Assembly: GCA_964106915.2 (NCBI GenBank)
Contig: OZ066918.1
Source: Podarcis gaigeae
Taxonomy: Eukaryota
DNA length: 64,000 nt
Strand: one strand, 5' to 3'
Shown here: positions 25,301 through 37,133 of the stretch, piece by piece
How positions within the stretch are numbered: the first letter of the stretch is position 1
Layout: every line of letters begins with the position of its first letter
Made by a program: the position numbers and the translations under genes
Notes under the pieces: generated by a model
Seen by the model: the letters and a program-made list of their open reading frames with translations, nothing else
Told to the model about the DNA's origin: nothing
Database searches by the model: none

Positions 25301-28085
25301 GGACTTAGATCCAGATTCAAATTGCTGCTCAGCTGCAAAGCTTACTAGCTGAGCTTCGGCAGTCATTGTCTCTTAACCTAACCTAACCTAGCCTACCCCA
25401 CAGCTAATAAAGTGAGAACATCACGTGTGTTGCCCTGAGCTCCTAGATGAGAGGAATCAAAATGTACAGCCAGGCCTATCATTTTGGCTTTTAAACAGTC
25501 CTTGAAAACCTATTTATTCCAATTTGCTTTTATTTTGGGGAAAATCAATCTGAGATCTTGGGCTGCTTTTCTGATTTATTGCTGTTGGTTTAAAATTCTG
25601 TTTTTACTAATGGTTTAATTAGTTGTATCAGCTATAGGGCTGGACTCTGAGTTGGTTTTAACTGCTGAAATCATTGTATTTTATGAGAGCTGTATATTTT
25701 AATGTAAACTGCCTTGGGGGGCTTTTTTCCTGAAAGGTGACCTAGGAATATTTAACAAAAATTATTAATAAAAAATAAATGTGATAATTATATTATTGTT
25801 ACTTGTTACAGATACAAAGCAATATTCTGGGTTCCTTCAAGCTACAGTTGATTATTACTTATTAGGAAAAGGAAGTTAAATGTTTAGGATGATGGCTTTA
25901 ACACCCCTTATACAATAGTTCTTTTGCATCTTGATAATATAGTAGCAGATGCTGTTGAAGTAGTCATCATATGGAAAAATGATGGATGGGTGGGTTAGAG
26001 TGCTGGTTGAATAATTTTTCATGTTGCTTAAACTCAAACATAAAATTAATTCCATGCTAATTTCCACAGTTCATTTGTTGTTGAGACTAGAATATTAATT
26101 GATGCAGCAGCTTTTAAAATGACTAAAACTGATGATTTAATAAGTACATTTAAATAAAAATTAAAGAATTGGATGCAGCTTTTAGAGAACACTACTTGTT
26201 TTGAGAGAGGTTTTAAATACAGGCAGTGACCATTTTGCACGTGTTTTATTGGCACACAACCTCTGATGCACACCCTGTTTTTGACCCTAGAACAGGGCGG
26301 GCTTATTTGCACTCCTCCAATTCATGTGATAACCCAGCATGCAATCCCTGCACAAATGAGGAGTTGCCTGTAATATTAATATGGCCCTTGGTACAGATGT
26401 GTATCTTAAAATGCTATGGCATAAGAGTAAGTCCAGTTCTAATGTGAAAGGCTAGTAATGTGGCTTGTGCATTAGTTCTAAAGCCAGAAATAAACTGGTT
26501 ATCATACCATACAATACTGTATTGTATCCAATCCCAGTTTGAACAATATGTGCCAGCTGACTTCCAGTTAAGATGGTAATCTGAGGAGCAGTGATTCCAC
26601 AAACTCCATACCTAATTTTTAGCCAAAGATATCCTGCAATGGAATTGTTTTTTCTCTTTTCCCATAGCTTATACCGTAATTTTTATTTTGTCCTTTTGCT
26701 GTACATAATCAACTTCACTTGGAGTAATTTATTGTATGTGGGGTTGTTTCCTTTGTGCTTGTGGCTATACTGTGAAAGGAGCCTAAGAAACTGGTGGACT
26801 CACAGCACATGCTGAGGAACACACCTGAAGTTGAGCCTTTAGTTGCTTCAAGTTCCACTGAAGAGATTATGGATCTTAAAAAAATTATCTGAATGAATGT
26901 GACATCTATCAAATCTTCAATTCTGATGCTGCACACTTCAGCACATCAGATTCAATAACATATGGTCACCACTGGGTATTGCCTTTCAGATGTGCAAGGC
27001 CGGGAAGATGAGACTGTATTCCCCCTTTATATCCTTAGAGTGGAGAATTCAGCTTTGCATGCTAAATAGTTGGACTTGGTGGGTAGGTCTCATAGTAACA
27101 AATTAAGAATTATGGGGGTGAGGGAAAGATTGGTGCAGGGGGAACCCTATGTTTTTGTAGCAACCCTGCTAACAGTTACTGGATTTCTTGAATGGTTCTA
27201 TCTTATGGTAGATAGAATGTGCAAAGCACAGCCCAGTCCCCCCTCCCCCCCAGGAAGAGAATATGTCAATATTTTAAGATAGCTAATCAAATAGGATTTG
27301 TTGTGGAGTGCATGTGAGAAGTGGGAGATGAAGTGGGGGCCAAATGTGGATGATATAGTTTGTTTCTGGATTATGTGAAGGAGGTTTTTGAGGCCTGGCA
27401 GACTTTTCCCAGTGTGAAGTACATGGCACAGGAGTGTGACATTACCTTATTTATTATATTTCCTGCTATTTTCTGTATGTGCATCAATGGGCAAGTCAAA
27501 ATTTCTATGAACCAGCAGTGCTGAAGGACTTTCTGCTTACGCTTGATCTTCCACTGGAAAATCCTGTACTGTACAGGAATAACATTCTGTGCAGGCCTGG
27601 CCTTTAGTTGCTGTCCAGCTGCCTTATTCTACCCAGGTTGATTACATCAGCTGTCTTCTGCTGAGAAACACTGTAGACCTGGTTCCTGCAAACTTAACTA
27701 TAGCCTAGGTTTAAACAGTTCCTGAAGTTGTCTGTGACTATGGACTTCCTCATTTTGAACACAGGCACTGCATGGACGATAATTCTGTTTGTTAGATTTA
27801 AGTTTGTTTTGGATCACCATGTTGTCTCCCTCTTTTTCTTTAGTGTGAAATAACACATTTTGGCAATCCTCATTGATCTTCTGGTTTCCCCTTCCTTCTC
27901 CTTCATATACACAGCAACACATTTGCTTTATTTTAGTTATACTGTTTTGTTTTACCCTGTGTTACTGTTATAACATAGGAGAGAGTTGTTGTTGGGCTTT
28001 TACTTAGCACACCGTGTAGCTCTTTGACAATCCTGCTATCCTTGTTAATAAAAAGACTCTTGGAAAAGAATCGTTTATTGGTTGT

Positions 28086-28152
28086 GAAGGGCCATACCTC
28101 AATGGTATAGCATTTGCCTTGCATGTGGAAGGTCCCAAGTTTAGTCTCCATC
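28086..28152 (+). mobile_element. tRNA-derived SINE head fragment
   Basis: gggccatacctcaatggtatagca..gaaggtcccaagtttagtc: degenerate A and B boxes, no cloverleaf. Confidence 0.55.
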
Positions 28153-31100
28153 ATTAAGGAGGTCTGCTATGCATGATGCTAGAATTGGTCCTTTAGTATT
28201 GCAGCACCTACCTTTTGGAACTCCCTCCTACTATATATCAGGTAAGTGCATTGTCCAGTGTCCTTCTAAGCCTTTTAAGTGGACACTTGTATCCCTGTTA
28301 GTATCTGTTGGATTTGAACTGATTTGGATATGTGTTGTAGCTTTACATTGTTTTTATATTTATATAATTATTCCAAAGTTGTTTTATACTGGTGCTCAGC
28401 AGTGACTTGTGAGGATGTCACATGCCCTCCCTTTTTTGTTTCTTTTCATTGGAAACTGTACTTATGTTACCTAGGTTCTTCCATGAGAAGTATGTTCTTG
28501 GGTATGTTTGCATAAAAATTGGGGACAGAATAGTTCTTTGGAAAAAATGGGCTGAAGAGGGACTGTCTAGCTTAGTCTGGCTGGTGAGCCAAGATCACAA
28601 ATCCCCAGGCATGATTGCCCCAGTGTAACACTCAAGACCTACAACTTATTCCTTCAGGGCATTGCTAGGCAAAACCAAATTAGATGCAACTGAGCTGAGG
28701 GTACAGAGGGACAGAGACCTGGAATATCCCATGCTTGAAAGGCAATGGAAAGTTGTATAAGGTTGTGCTCCATGGGCCAACCAAAACTTGTTTTATAGGC
28801 ATGTTGGATTTACCACTGCCTTTTCCATAAGCATATACGTTACGTGTAAATGTGTGTTGGCACTGTGGAATATAATAGCCAACACTGAAAAACACAGTCT
28901 TGTCCTGTCCTGTGATGGTGCTATTTTGGTCACAGGTTATCATTCTTTTTAATCTGCTCTTGGGAAAACCTCTAAAATTTTCAGGTGCTGGTCTCATACT
29001 CAATTATATCCCAGCACTGTAGAATCTGACCAGGGGCAATGCAATTGGGTTCTTTGTCCCCTTTTGGTGGCCAAAAGTATTCTAAGGAATTCACCACAGC
29101 CACAATAATTCAGTGATCACAAGACTTGTCAATTCTTGCCTAGCTTGAAAAAGTGACCTTTGGCAGTAGTAACAGATACACAAGCACACATACATTTGGT
29201 CTTCATATATAGTACTGTTTGAATCAGGTAGGGTTCATCAGCCTTTCTGGACCAGTTGACACATTTTTAATTTTGAGAGGGTGCTGTGGATGCCAGTCAC
29301 AAAATAGCTGCCATGGAAGTGTAGCATAACAATAAATTAGACAGTACAGTCCTGGCAAAGCTTTTCCCATAACTATATTTCCATATTCAAGCCATGACTG
29401 TACTGTCTAATTCATATATGAAGACCAAATGTCTGAGTGCCTGTGCACCTGCTCCTACCTGCCCAAGGCCACTTTGGTTAAAGGCACTAGAACCTGGTTT
29501 TTCTCCAATACCAACCCCTAAACCAAAGCCTAGACTGCCCCATTAATCACAGAGATGTACGTCTGTGTAGACAATTCACTGCACACTGAATTGTTACTAA
29601 GTGCCTGGTCTTTAGCTCCTGTGCAGCATGAGACATCCTAATATTCTTTGCAAAGTTTTCATATTTGCCTGGGGGGGGGGGAGTTATTTAACATCCATCT
29701 ACACTTAATTGTGTAGTAGTATTTGCAGAAAATAACTTCTAGGGACCTCCTGATCTGAGATGCATCAACGGCAGGAAAGTTTCATTCTGGTTGCTAGTGA
29801 AAAAGGAAGGAGGTCAAGCTACAGAGATTCCAAGGACTAGAAAGTAAGAAGCAGGAAAAATGCACTAAAGAGGAGGATAAAACAGCAGCTCTTTAGGACC
29901 CCGGGGATTCCTGTTGCCTGATGTCCAAACAATTATCAATCCCAGCTGTGACTTATTTGATTGGCTAAAAACAATGACAGATGGGAGCAGGCAGCCTGGG
30001 TCATTTCACAGAAGTCACTTAGAAAGGTAGTTGCATATTTTTCTTCATAACTTCCTTTCTAGGAGGGCTAGATATTTACTTCTCTTTAAAAAAAGAAAGA
30101 AAAGGGGGGGAAGTAAAACTCCGCTGTGCCCTCCACTAGGGCACTGATGATGGCCTTCACAAATAAGAGTGTAACCCTATGACATGGAGGGTATAAGTAG
30201 CATTTCAGTTGGGGACCATTCCCCACCCCTTGCCTCTTCTCTCCCCCGTTTTATAATTGTATGACAGTATATTTATGATTTTGCTTGGTTTGATTGTTGC
30301 TACTGTTTCATCTTGTATTCATTTGTATTTTTACAAAATGAATGCTAAAAAAAACTCCTATGCATTTAAAGAAGTGTGCAAGCTGTCATTGCTGGGAGAA
30401 CAGCAGCAGAAATACTCAAGGGTGCTATTATTAGTTAGGTTTGTGGTCCTCTGTTCTGTTTGGACAGAATTTCTGAAGTATATTTGGTGGGTAAAAAGTG
30501 CTTTACACTTCTCATCTTCTATTAGTTGATGAGATAGGTCAAGCTTCAGAAATGGGGACATGCCCAAGGCAACTGAGATTTGCAGTTGAGCGAAGACTTG
30601 AGCATGGGTCCTCCATAGGTCACTTGGCCCTTGTCCACTTCACTGCAGGGTTAATTAAACTGGAAAATGAGTTTTTATATTGTTTGTGCCATTTGTGCCT
30701 ATTGCACCAACATTCAGTGTCACATTCTAGTGTGGGTAGGCCAGGGTTCTCTTATAATTTTGTTACAATAAAATATTTATTGTTCACATTTTCCTTTGCT
30801 TAAAGACTGTAGGTTGCTATGTAATTCATTTACTTCTATTTAGCTGAAAATTGTCATAAAATTAAAAATATTATATACAGTTTTATAGTTCAGGTGATTT
30901 TAAATTGCTCCTTTGCAAACTCTTTTTTTCTGGTTCCATGTTAAAATAAGGAATATCTGAAGCAGCTTTCAAACGTTTTTCAGAAGTCAAAATGCGTTTT
31001 AAAATTATGTGTGATGTGTGGAATTTCATCTAGACTCTTGCAAGTGCAAAAACAGCCAAAGGTAATATCTGAATACCAAAATCTGCATTGGATCTCTTCC

Positions 31101-31631
31101 ATGCCCAGAGGCACAGTCACCTTCTTCTGTTTACCACTGAAATAAAATAAAGATCTATTGCAGCACAAAAGCTTCAAAAGCCATGCAGAAGATGAGCAAT
31201 TGCTTATTCCTGGATCTATTGATAAAAAACCTCATCTTTATGAAAGGCATATGTGATAAGGAAATATATATATATAGAGAGAGAGAGAGAGTGAGTTTTT
31301 CTCTTGTCACCTAAAAGTGTTTCAGTCACTGATTGGTTACTGACTTACAAGTAACAGAATGCAGTAGAATCTGGTTTGAGACCCTTCCTTTAAACACACT
31401 TCCTCATATTCCTAGAGGTGTATACCTTTCCTATAGGAGTCTCTAACTTGATCAAGTAGGATAAGCTACATCTGGGCATGTTGTTGACTTAAATGGGGAA
31501 ATGGACATTGAAGATGAGGTTAAATCCATGTTTATGGAGCGTAGTGTTCCTTTATGTACTGCATCCTCCAGATACTGCAAAGTAGATGGACTAGGTCACA
31601 TTACTTTGTAAAGAGTAGTTTGTATCATGAA

Positions 31632-34065
31632 TGAAAACATTATAGGTCGGGGTAACCAATGCAGTGCCCTCCAAATGTTGGTTGTTTACAGTTCCAATCA
31701 TCCTTGATCATTGACCATGCTGGCTGGTGCTGATGGAAGAGGGGAATCCAACATCATCTAGAAGGCACCATGTTGACTATACCTAGGCTAGTTATTTAAA
31801 CTGATCATACAGTGATAAAACTGAAGCTTTCAAAATGTGCTCTTTGATCCTAGTGCAATTTCTTGGTGTGTGTGGGAAAGCATCATGGTTAACTGACATT
31901 GCAGATGTTCTGGTTACTTAAACGCTTAAATCATACTGTTTCAGGATACAGACTTGTGTGTACTTGTAAAACGTTAGCAGATATATTGAGAGTAGATACA
32001 CCGTATGTTTGAATTCAACACTTTTTAAAATTGCAGGTTATAACAATAATAGGAATAACCAGAAAAATATGTATTATTTTTCACTGCTTATGTTGATAAA
32101 CTCTTATGTCCCTGTAGCTTTTGGGATTTCTCTTCTGGAGTATTTCCTGTAGTTTATTGGCTTGTAGGAGTTTTGGATGTTGCTACTAAAATAAGAATAG
32201 AATAAATTAACATGTTGAATCAGAAGGGTTAGAGGTCTTAAGATGTTCTGCTGCTTTGCCATCATAATAAAATATAAGTAAAATGTACAGCAAAGGTTTG
32301 CCCTGGTGTATGCTTTTGAATGGGGAAACTTCTCATAAGTAAAAACTTCTGATTACTTCAGGATGATCCAAAATTTACTTCACTGGGACTGCATTTGAAG
32401 ACTGATCCAGCTGAATCAAACTTCAAATTCTTAACCCTGTTAGTTTTAGGACTGTAATATCCTCATTATATTGTTGGTTGTCCTGTGGCATTGGAGGTGA
32501 TTTCAGCTATGTTCTACATCTAGTTGTCACGAAAGACTTAATGCAACTGAGCTGCTACAGAAGAAAGTGGCTTCTTTGCTCACAACTTCATCATTACATG
32601 ATGATACTTCCTTTTGCAGCTCTGGCTTGAACTGTGATTTTTCTTTAAATTGCTTAAACACAATGAGAAGATGGATGCTCACATAATGAGTATTTTCCCA
32701 CCTTGAAAGAAAGGAAAAGCAGGCACAAAGCCCTAAACTTTCCAGGAGTTCTTACTTCCTCAGGCTATCCTTAGAGCTCTTCACCTGCTACAATATGGGA
32801 TAATATTGGAATACTAAGTGGGTGGACTTCAAAGAGGTTCCTGAGTGTGAAAACATTATAGGTCGGGGTAACCAATGCAGTGCCCTCCAAATGTTGGTTG
32901 TTTACAGTTCCAATCATCCTTGATCATTGACCATGCTGGCTGGTGCTGATGGAAGAGGGGAATCCAACATCATCTAGAAGGCACCATGTTGACTATACCT
33001 AGGCTAGTTATTTAAACTGATCATACAGTGATAAAACTGAAGCTTTCAAAATGTGCTCTTTGATCCTAGTGCAATTTCTTGGTGTGTGTGGGAAAGCATC
33101 ATGGTTAACTGACATTGCAGATGTTCTGGTTACTTAAACGCTTAAATCATACTGTTTCAGGATACAGACTTGTGTGTACTTGTAAAACGTTAGCAGATAT
33201 ATTGAGAGTAGATACACCGTATGTTTGAATTCAACACTTTTTAAAATTGCAGGTTATAACAATAATAGGAATAACCAGAAAAATATGTATTATTTTTCAC
33301 TGCTTATGTTGATAAACTCTTATGTCCCTGTAGCTTTTGGGATTTCTCTTCTGGAGTATTTCCTGTAGTTTATTGGCTTGTAGGAGTTTTGGATGTTGCT
33401 ACTAAAATAAGAATAGAATAAATTAACATGTTGAATCAGAAGGGTTAGAGGTCTTAAGATGTTCTGCTGCTTTGCCATCATAATAAAATATAAGTAAAAT
33501 GTACAGCAAAGGTTTGCCCTGGTGTATGCTTTTGAATGGGGAAACTTCTCATAAGTAAAAACTTCTGATTACTTCAGGATGATCCAAAATTTACTTCACT
33601 GGGACTGCATTTGAAGACTGATCCAGCTGAATCAAACTTCAAATTCTTAACCCTGTTAGTTTTAGGACTGTAATATCCTCATTATATTGTTGGTTGTCCT
33701 GTGGCATTGGAGGTGATTTCAGCTATGTTCTACATCTAGTTGTCACGAAAGACTTAATGCAACTGAGCTGCTACAGAAGAAAGTGGCTTCTTTGCTCACA
33801 ACTTCATCATTACATGATGATACTTCCTTTTGTAGCTCTGGCTTGAACTGTGATTTTTCTTTAAATTGCTTAAACACAATGAGAAGATGGATGCTCACAT
33901 AATGAGTATTTTCCCACCTTGAAAGAAAGGAAAAGCAGGCACAAAGCCCTAAACTTTCCAGGAGTTCTTACTTCCTCAGGCTATCCTTAGAGCTCTTCAC
34001 CTGCTACAATATGGGATAATATTGGAATACTAAGTGGGTGGACTTCAAAGAGGTTCCTGAGTGTG
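31632..34065 (+). repeat. Direct tandem duplication, 1216-bp unit x2
   Basis: 31632-32847 is repeated at 32848-34063. One difference noticed by eye (C32617 vs T33833); TG microhomology at the junction. Confidence 0.97.
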
Positions 34066-37000
34066 CATGAAATAACAATAATGTTCACATTATTAGGCCC
34101 CAGGTCAAAGTTATTAAGATGTGATGGGAGCAGATCCACAACTGTATAGGGAAAGGTTAGTGTGTTTGATTGTAAGAGCAAAATGAGTGTGTGGATGTTA
34201 AATAGAACACCCCAACTTACATTTCCATATTCCACCCCCCCCATGCATAACTTTTCTGTTGGCTGTACTCTGAAACCAAAAGTGAGACCAGCTGAGAAAA
34301 AGTGCTTGGGGAGGACAACAGAGAGTTCAATGGCTGGCAGTGGTAGGTATTTGCAGTTTTCACCTGTATGCCACCTTTGCTCTTTAAATTGCTCCCAACT
34401 CCTGCTTTCTACATATATTGTTAAAACTTTGCCCATGAAGCCTACTTAACATTGAGTCTTCTGAGAATTGAGAATCAACAGAAAAATTATGAAATAAATG
34501 AGTTTGCTCAGGGCAACTGAGCAAAATCATTTGCTTGCTCAGAACATTTCCAGAAGCAGAACATTTCCAGAAGTGAGATACTGTAGTATATGTTTCTATA
34601 GATTTTCCCCACTACCACCACCAATGAGTTGGAAAATAAATGTCTGTTGGGAGACAGCCATGAATATTCATAATTTGAGGACAACATATTGTTGAGCTTG
34701 CATAATTAAAGTTTGTAAAATATCGATATGAGGTCACCTAGACAGGTTGTGAATGATCACTTGAAGCCTCATCAGGGTCAGTCTACAATATTTTAAGCTC
34801 ATACCAGTGGCTTTGTGGTGGCCAAAACCTATTTCGCTTGTAATTCATGTTCTTGTTAATCACCACCACCACCCTGCTTATTTTTATTCATTTTAAGACA
34901 TTGTGGCATCATATTTTGGCAAAGGGCCACTCACGTGACTCATTAATGTGCTGCTGCATCCCAGAAACTTGCTACATTGGCTTGGATTGTGACCTAGTTG
35001 TATAATTTGTGACGTGTGCCTAAACTGTTGTAGTAGCATTTCTTTGCTAACAAAATGGGTCACAGCTTCGCCAGCATTAAAGATCCCTTATTTTTAAGCC
35101 AAGCTATTTTATAGTCCAGGAATCTACAGATTCAAATAACATTTCTCCTTCCTTGTCTTTGGAGCTTTTTAAACTGATGGCCAACTTTGGTATGACTTGT
35201 TCTTAAATTTTTGAATATAGAAGTAAATTTTACCAGTTTTAGTCAATAGAAGTAGTCATTGGCTTTTTAAAATAGATTCATAAAGCAGAATGTGTGAGCA
35301 GATTTTTATCTGAAGCTTGGTGCTAAACAAAATTTAACTGTAACCTAAATGCCACAAGTTCTCAGTCGATCGTAAAAATGTCTGCAGATAATTTGCTGGA
35401 GTGCAGTCATAAAAGTAAGAATAATGACTTCCACTTTCTCCATTGAAAAAAAAAGGAAAGTACTCTGTAATATCTTTTTAATCTCCTGCAGAAATAAGTG
35501 GTGTTCATTTTTGAACTGCTGGGTTAGGTGAGCTAGGTGAACTAGGTTTCTGTGTGGTGGTATACCTCTTAATCATGGAATGGAAAAGCATAGGTTTTAC
35601 AAAATTGTTCAGCAAGCATATTATGAAACTGTATTTGAAATATTGTAAACATTAAGTAGAATGAAGTGCTTGAAAGATCAGTTACAAAAACCTGCAAGCC
35701 ACGGCTCCTACAGAAAGTAAGAGGACCAAGGAATGTGTGTATAATCAAAGTCACTTTGCTCCTAGGCTCTAACCAGTCCTCCTGATTCCTAGGCCTCTGA
35801 CAACACTGTCCTCTTCCTGTTTCTGAGCTCTGTGGAAGGGGAAGCCCGCTGCTGAGATAAGCATTATTAAAGTTTGCTAATGGTGGAAATTTCACCCCCT
35901 CTCTGCTATCTAAGTTGCCAGGTGAATTAAACATTGAAATTGACTGTTAGGCTAGGTCATACACAGCACAGATACACTAATAGAGCTTGAAGAATAACTG
36001 CTAATGGCTTGGGGATCAAAGAAACAGACTGACAAAAGAAAACATTTATTTACAATGTATACCCTAATTTACTTCCACAAGTTGGGTTATACTGAGCTGT
36101 ACAGATTGAAATCTCAAGTTGCTAGATCTTGATGAGGATTTGTCTTTTACTTCCAGTCCCTTAAAATATCACTGTCACCAACAGGAGGTTGGAGAAATAG
36201 TCAAATGTTCCTGTGCATTCTCATATGAATGTGTGAAGTCTTCCTTGCCCTTGGGTTACTGCTGAGAGCTAATTTTTCTCATTTGATTATGGGGCAAAAG
36301 TTTCCAATTCCTGGAAACTTCCTCTGGGCTAAAACAATTATAACACAGAAGGGTTTTTGTTGCTCTTTTTCTTACTGTGTATAGCAACATAATAATGAAG
36401 TGTGGTCACATAGCAGAAAATCCTCCTGCATTTGCTGGATTGCTTTTTAAAAGCAATAAAAAAATGATTCTACTGAAAATTACAAATAATCATGTAAAAT
36501 TCTGTATTTCACTCATCTGTGAAGAAAGAAAGAGAAGGTATAAATGTTAATTTTCTCATTTTCTGACTTCAAGATTTTATATAGAGTAGGCTAATATACA
36601 ATGGCTATACTGAAGACATTATTCTTTTAGGCCTTGTTGAAGAAACTTTGGAGCTTGTGTGTCCTTAGTCCATGGGTGGGCAGAAAGTAGATCAGATGTA
36701 GTAGTAGGTATCTAGGCCATTTGCAATACATATCCAAGTGTTTCAGAGTGCAATTGTAGCAGCAACAAAATAACTTTTTGTTAAAATAACATTTAACACC
36801 TAAATTAGGCTTCTGAAATGAATACATATTGGGGTAGCCAAGAGTGAACTTTTGTGTTGGAGGAGTGTGTGCTCAGTTCACTTCTGCTACTGGTAGATCT
36901 TGGGTTATAGCAAAAGACAAAGTAAGTCTGACAAGCCTGAAATCTGCTCACCCCTGCCCTAGTCACCTTAGCATCATGGGCTTTTTGTGGCTCAGTGTAG

Positions 37001-37081
37001 ATGCATTTTCTCTCTTTTTTTTTAGTACACTGCATTTTCAGGAGTTTCAGGAATATATGTGTCCTCAGGAAGCACATCCTG

Positions 37082-37133
37082 GGGTGGGTGGGTGGGTGGG
37101 TGTGTGTGAGAGAGAGAGAGAGAGCGCGCGCGC
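37082..37133. repeat. Compound microsatellite (GGGT)n(GT)n(GA)n(GC)n
   Basis: Seen directly. Confidence 0.9.

Noticed and set aside
29021-29072. agaatctgac(c)aggggc matches the reverse complement of part of the mammalian CPEB3 ribozyme as recalled
   Set aside because: Antisense to CPEB3; P2, P4 and the catalytic J4/2 cannot be built. Consistent with chance.
30124-30180. Hairpin followed by CTGATGA (hammerhead core)
   Set aside because: No stem II plus GAAA downstream and no NUH cleavage triplet.
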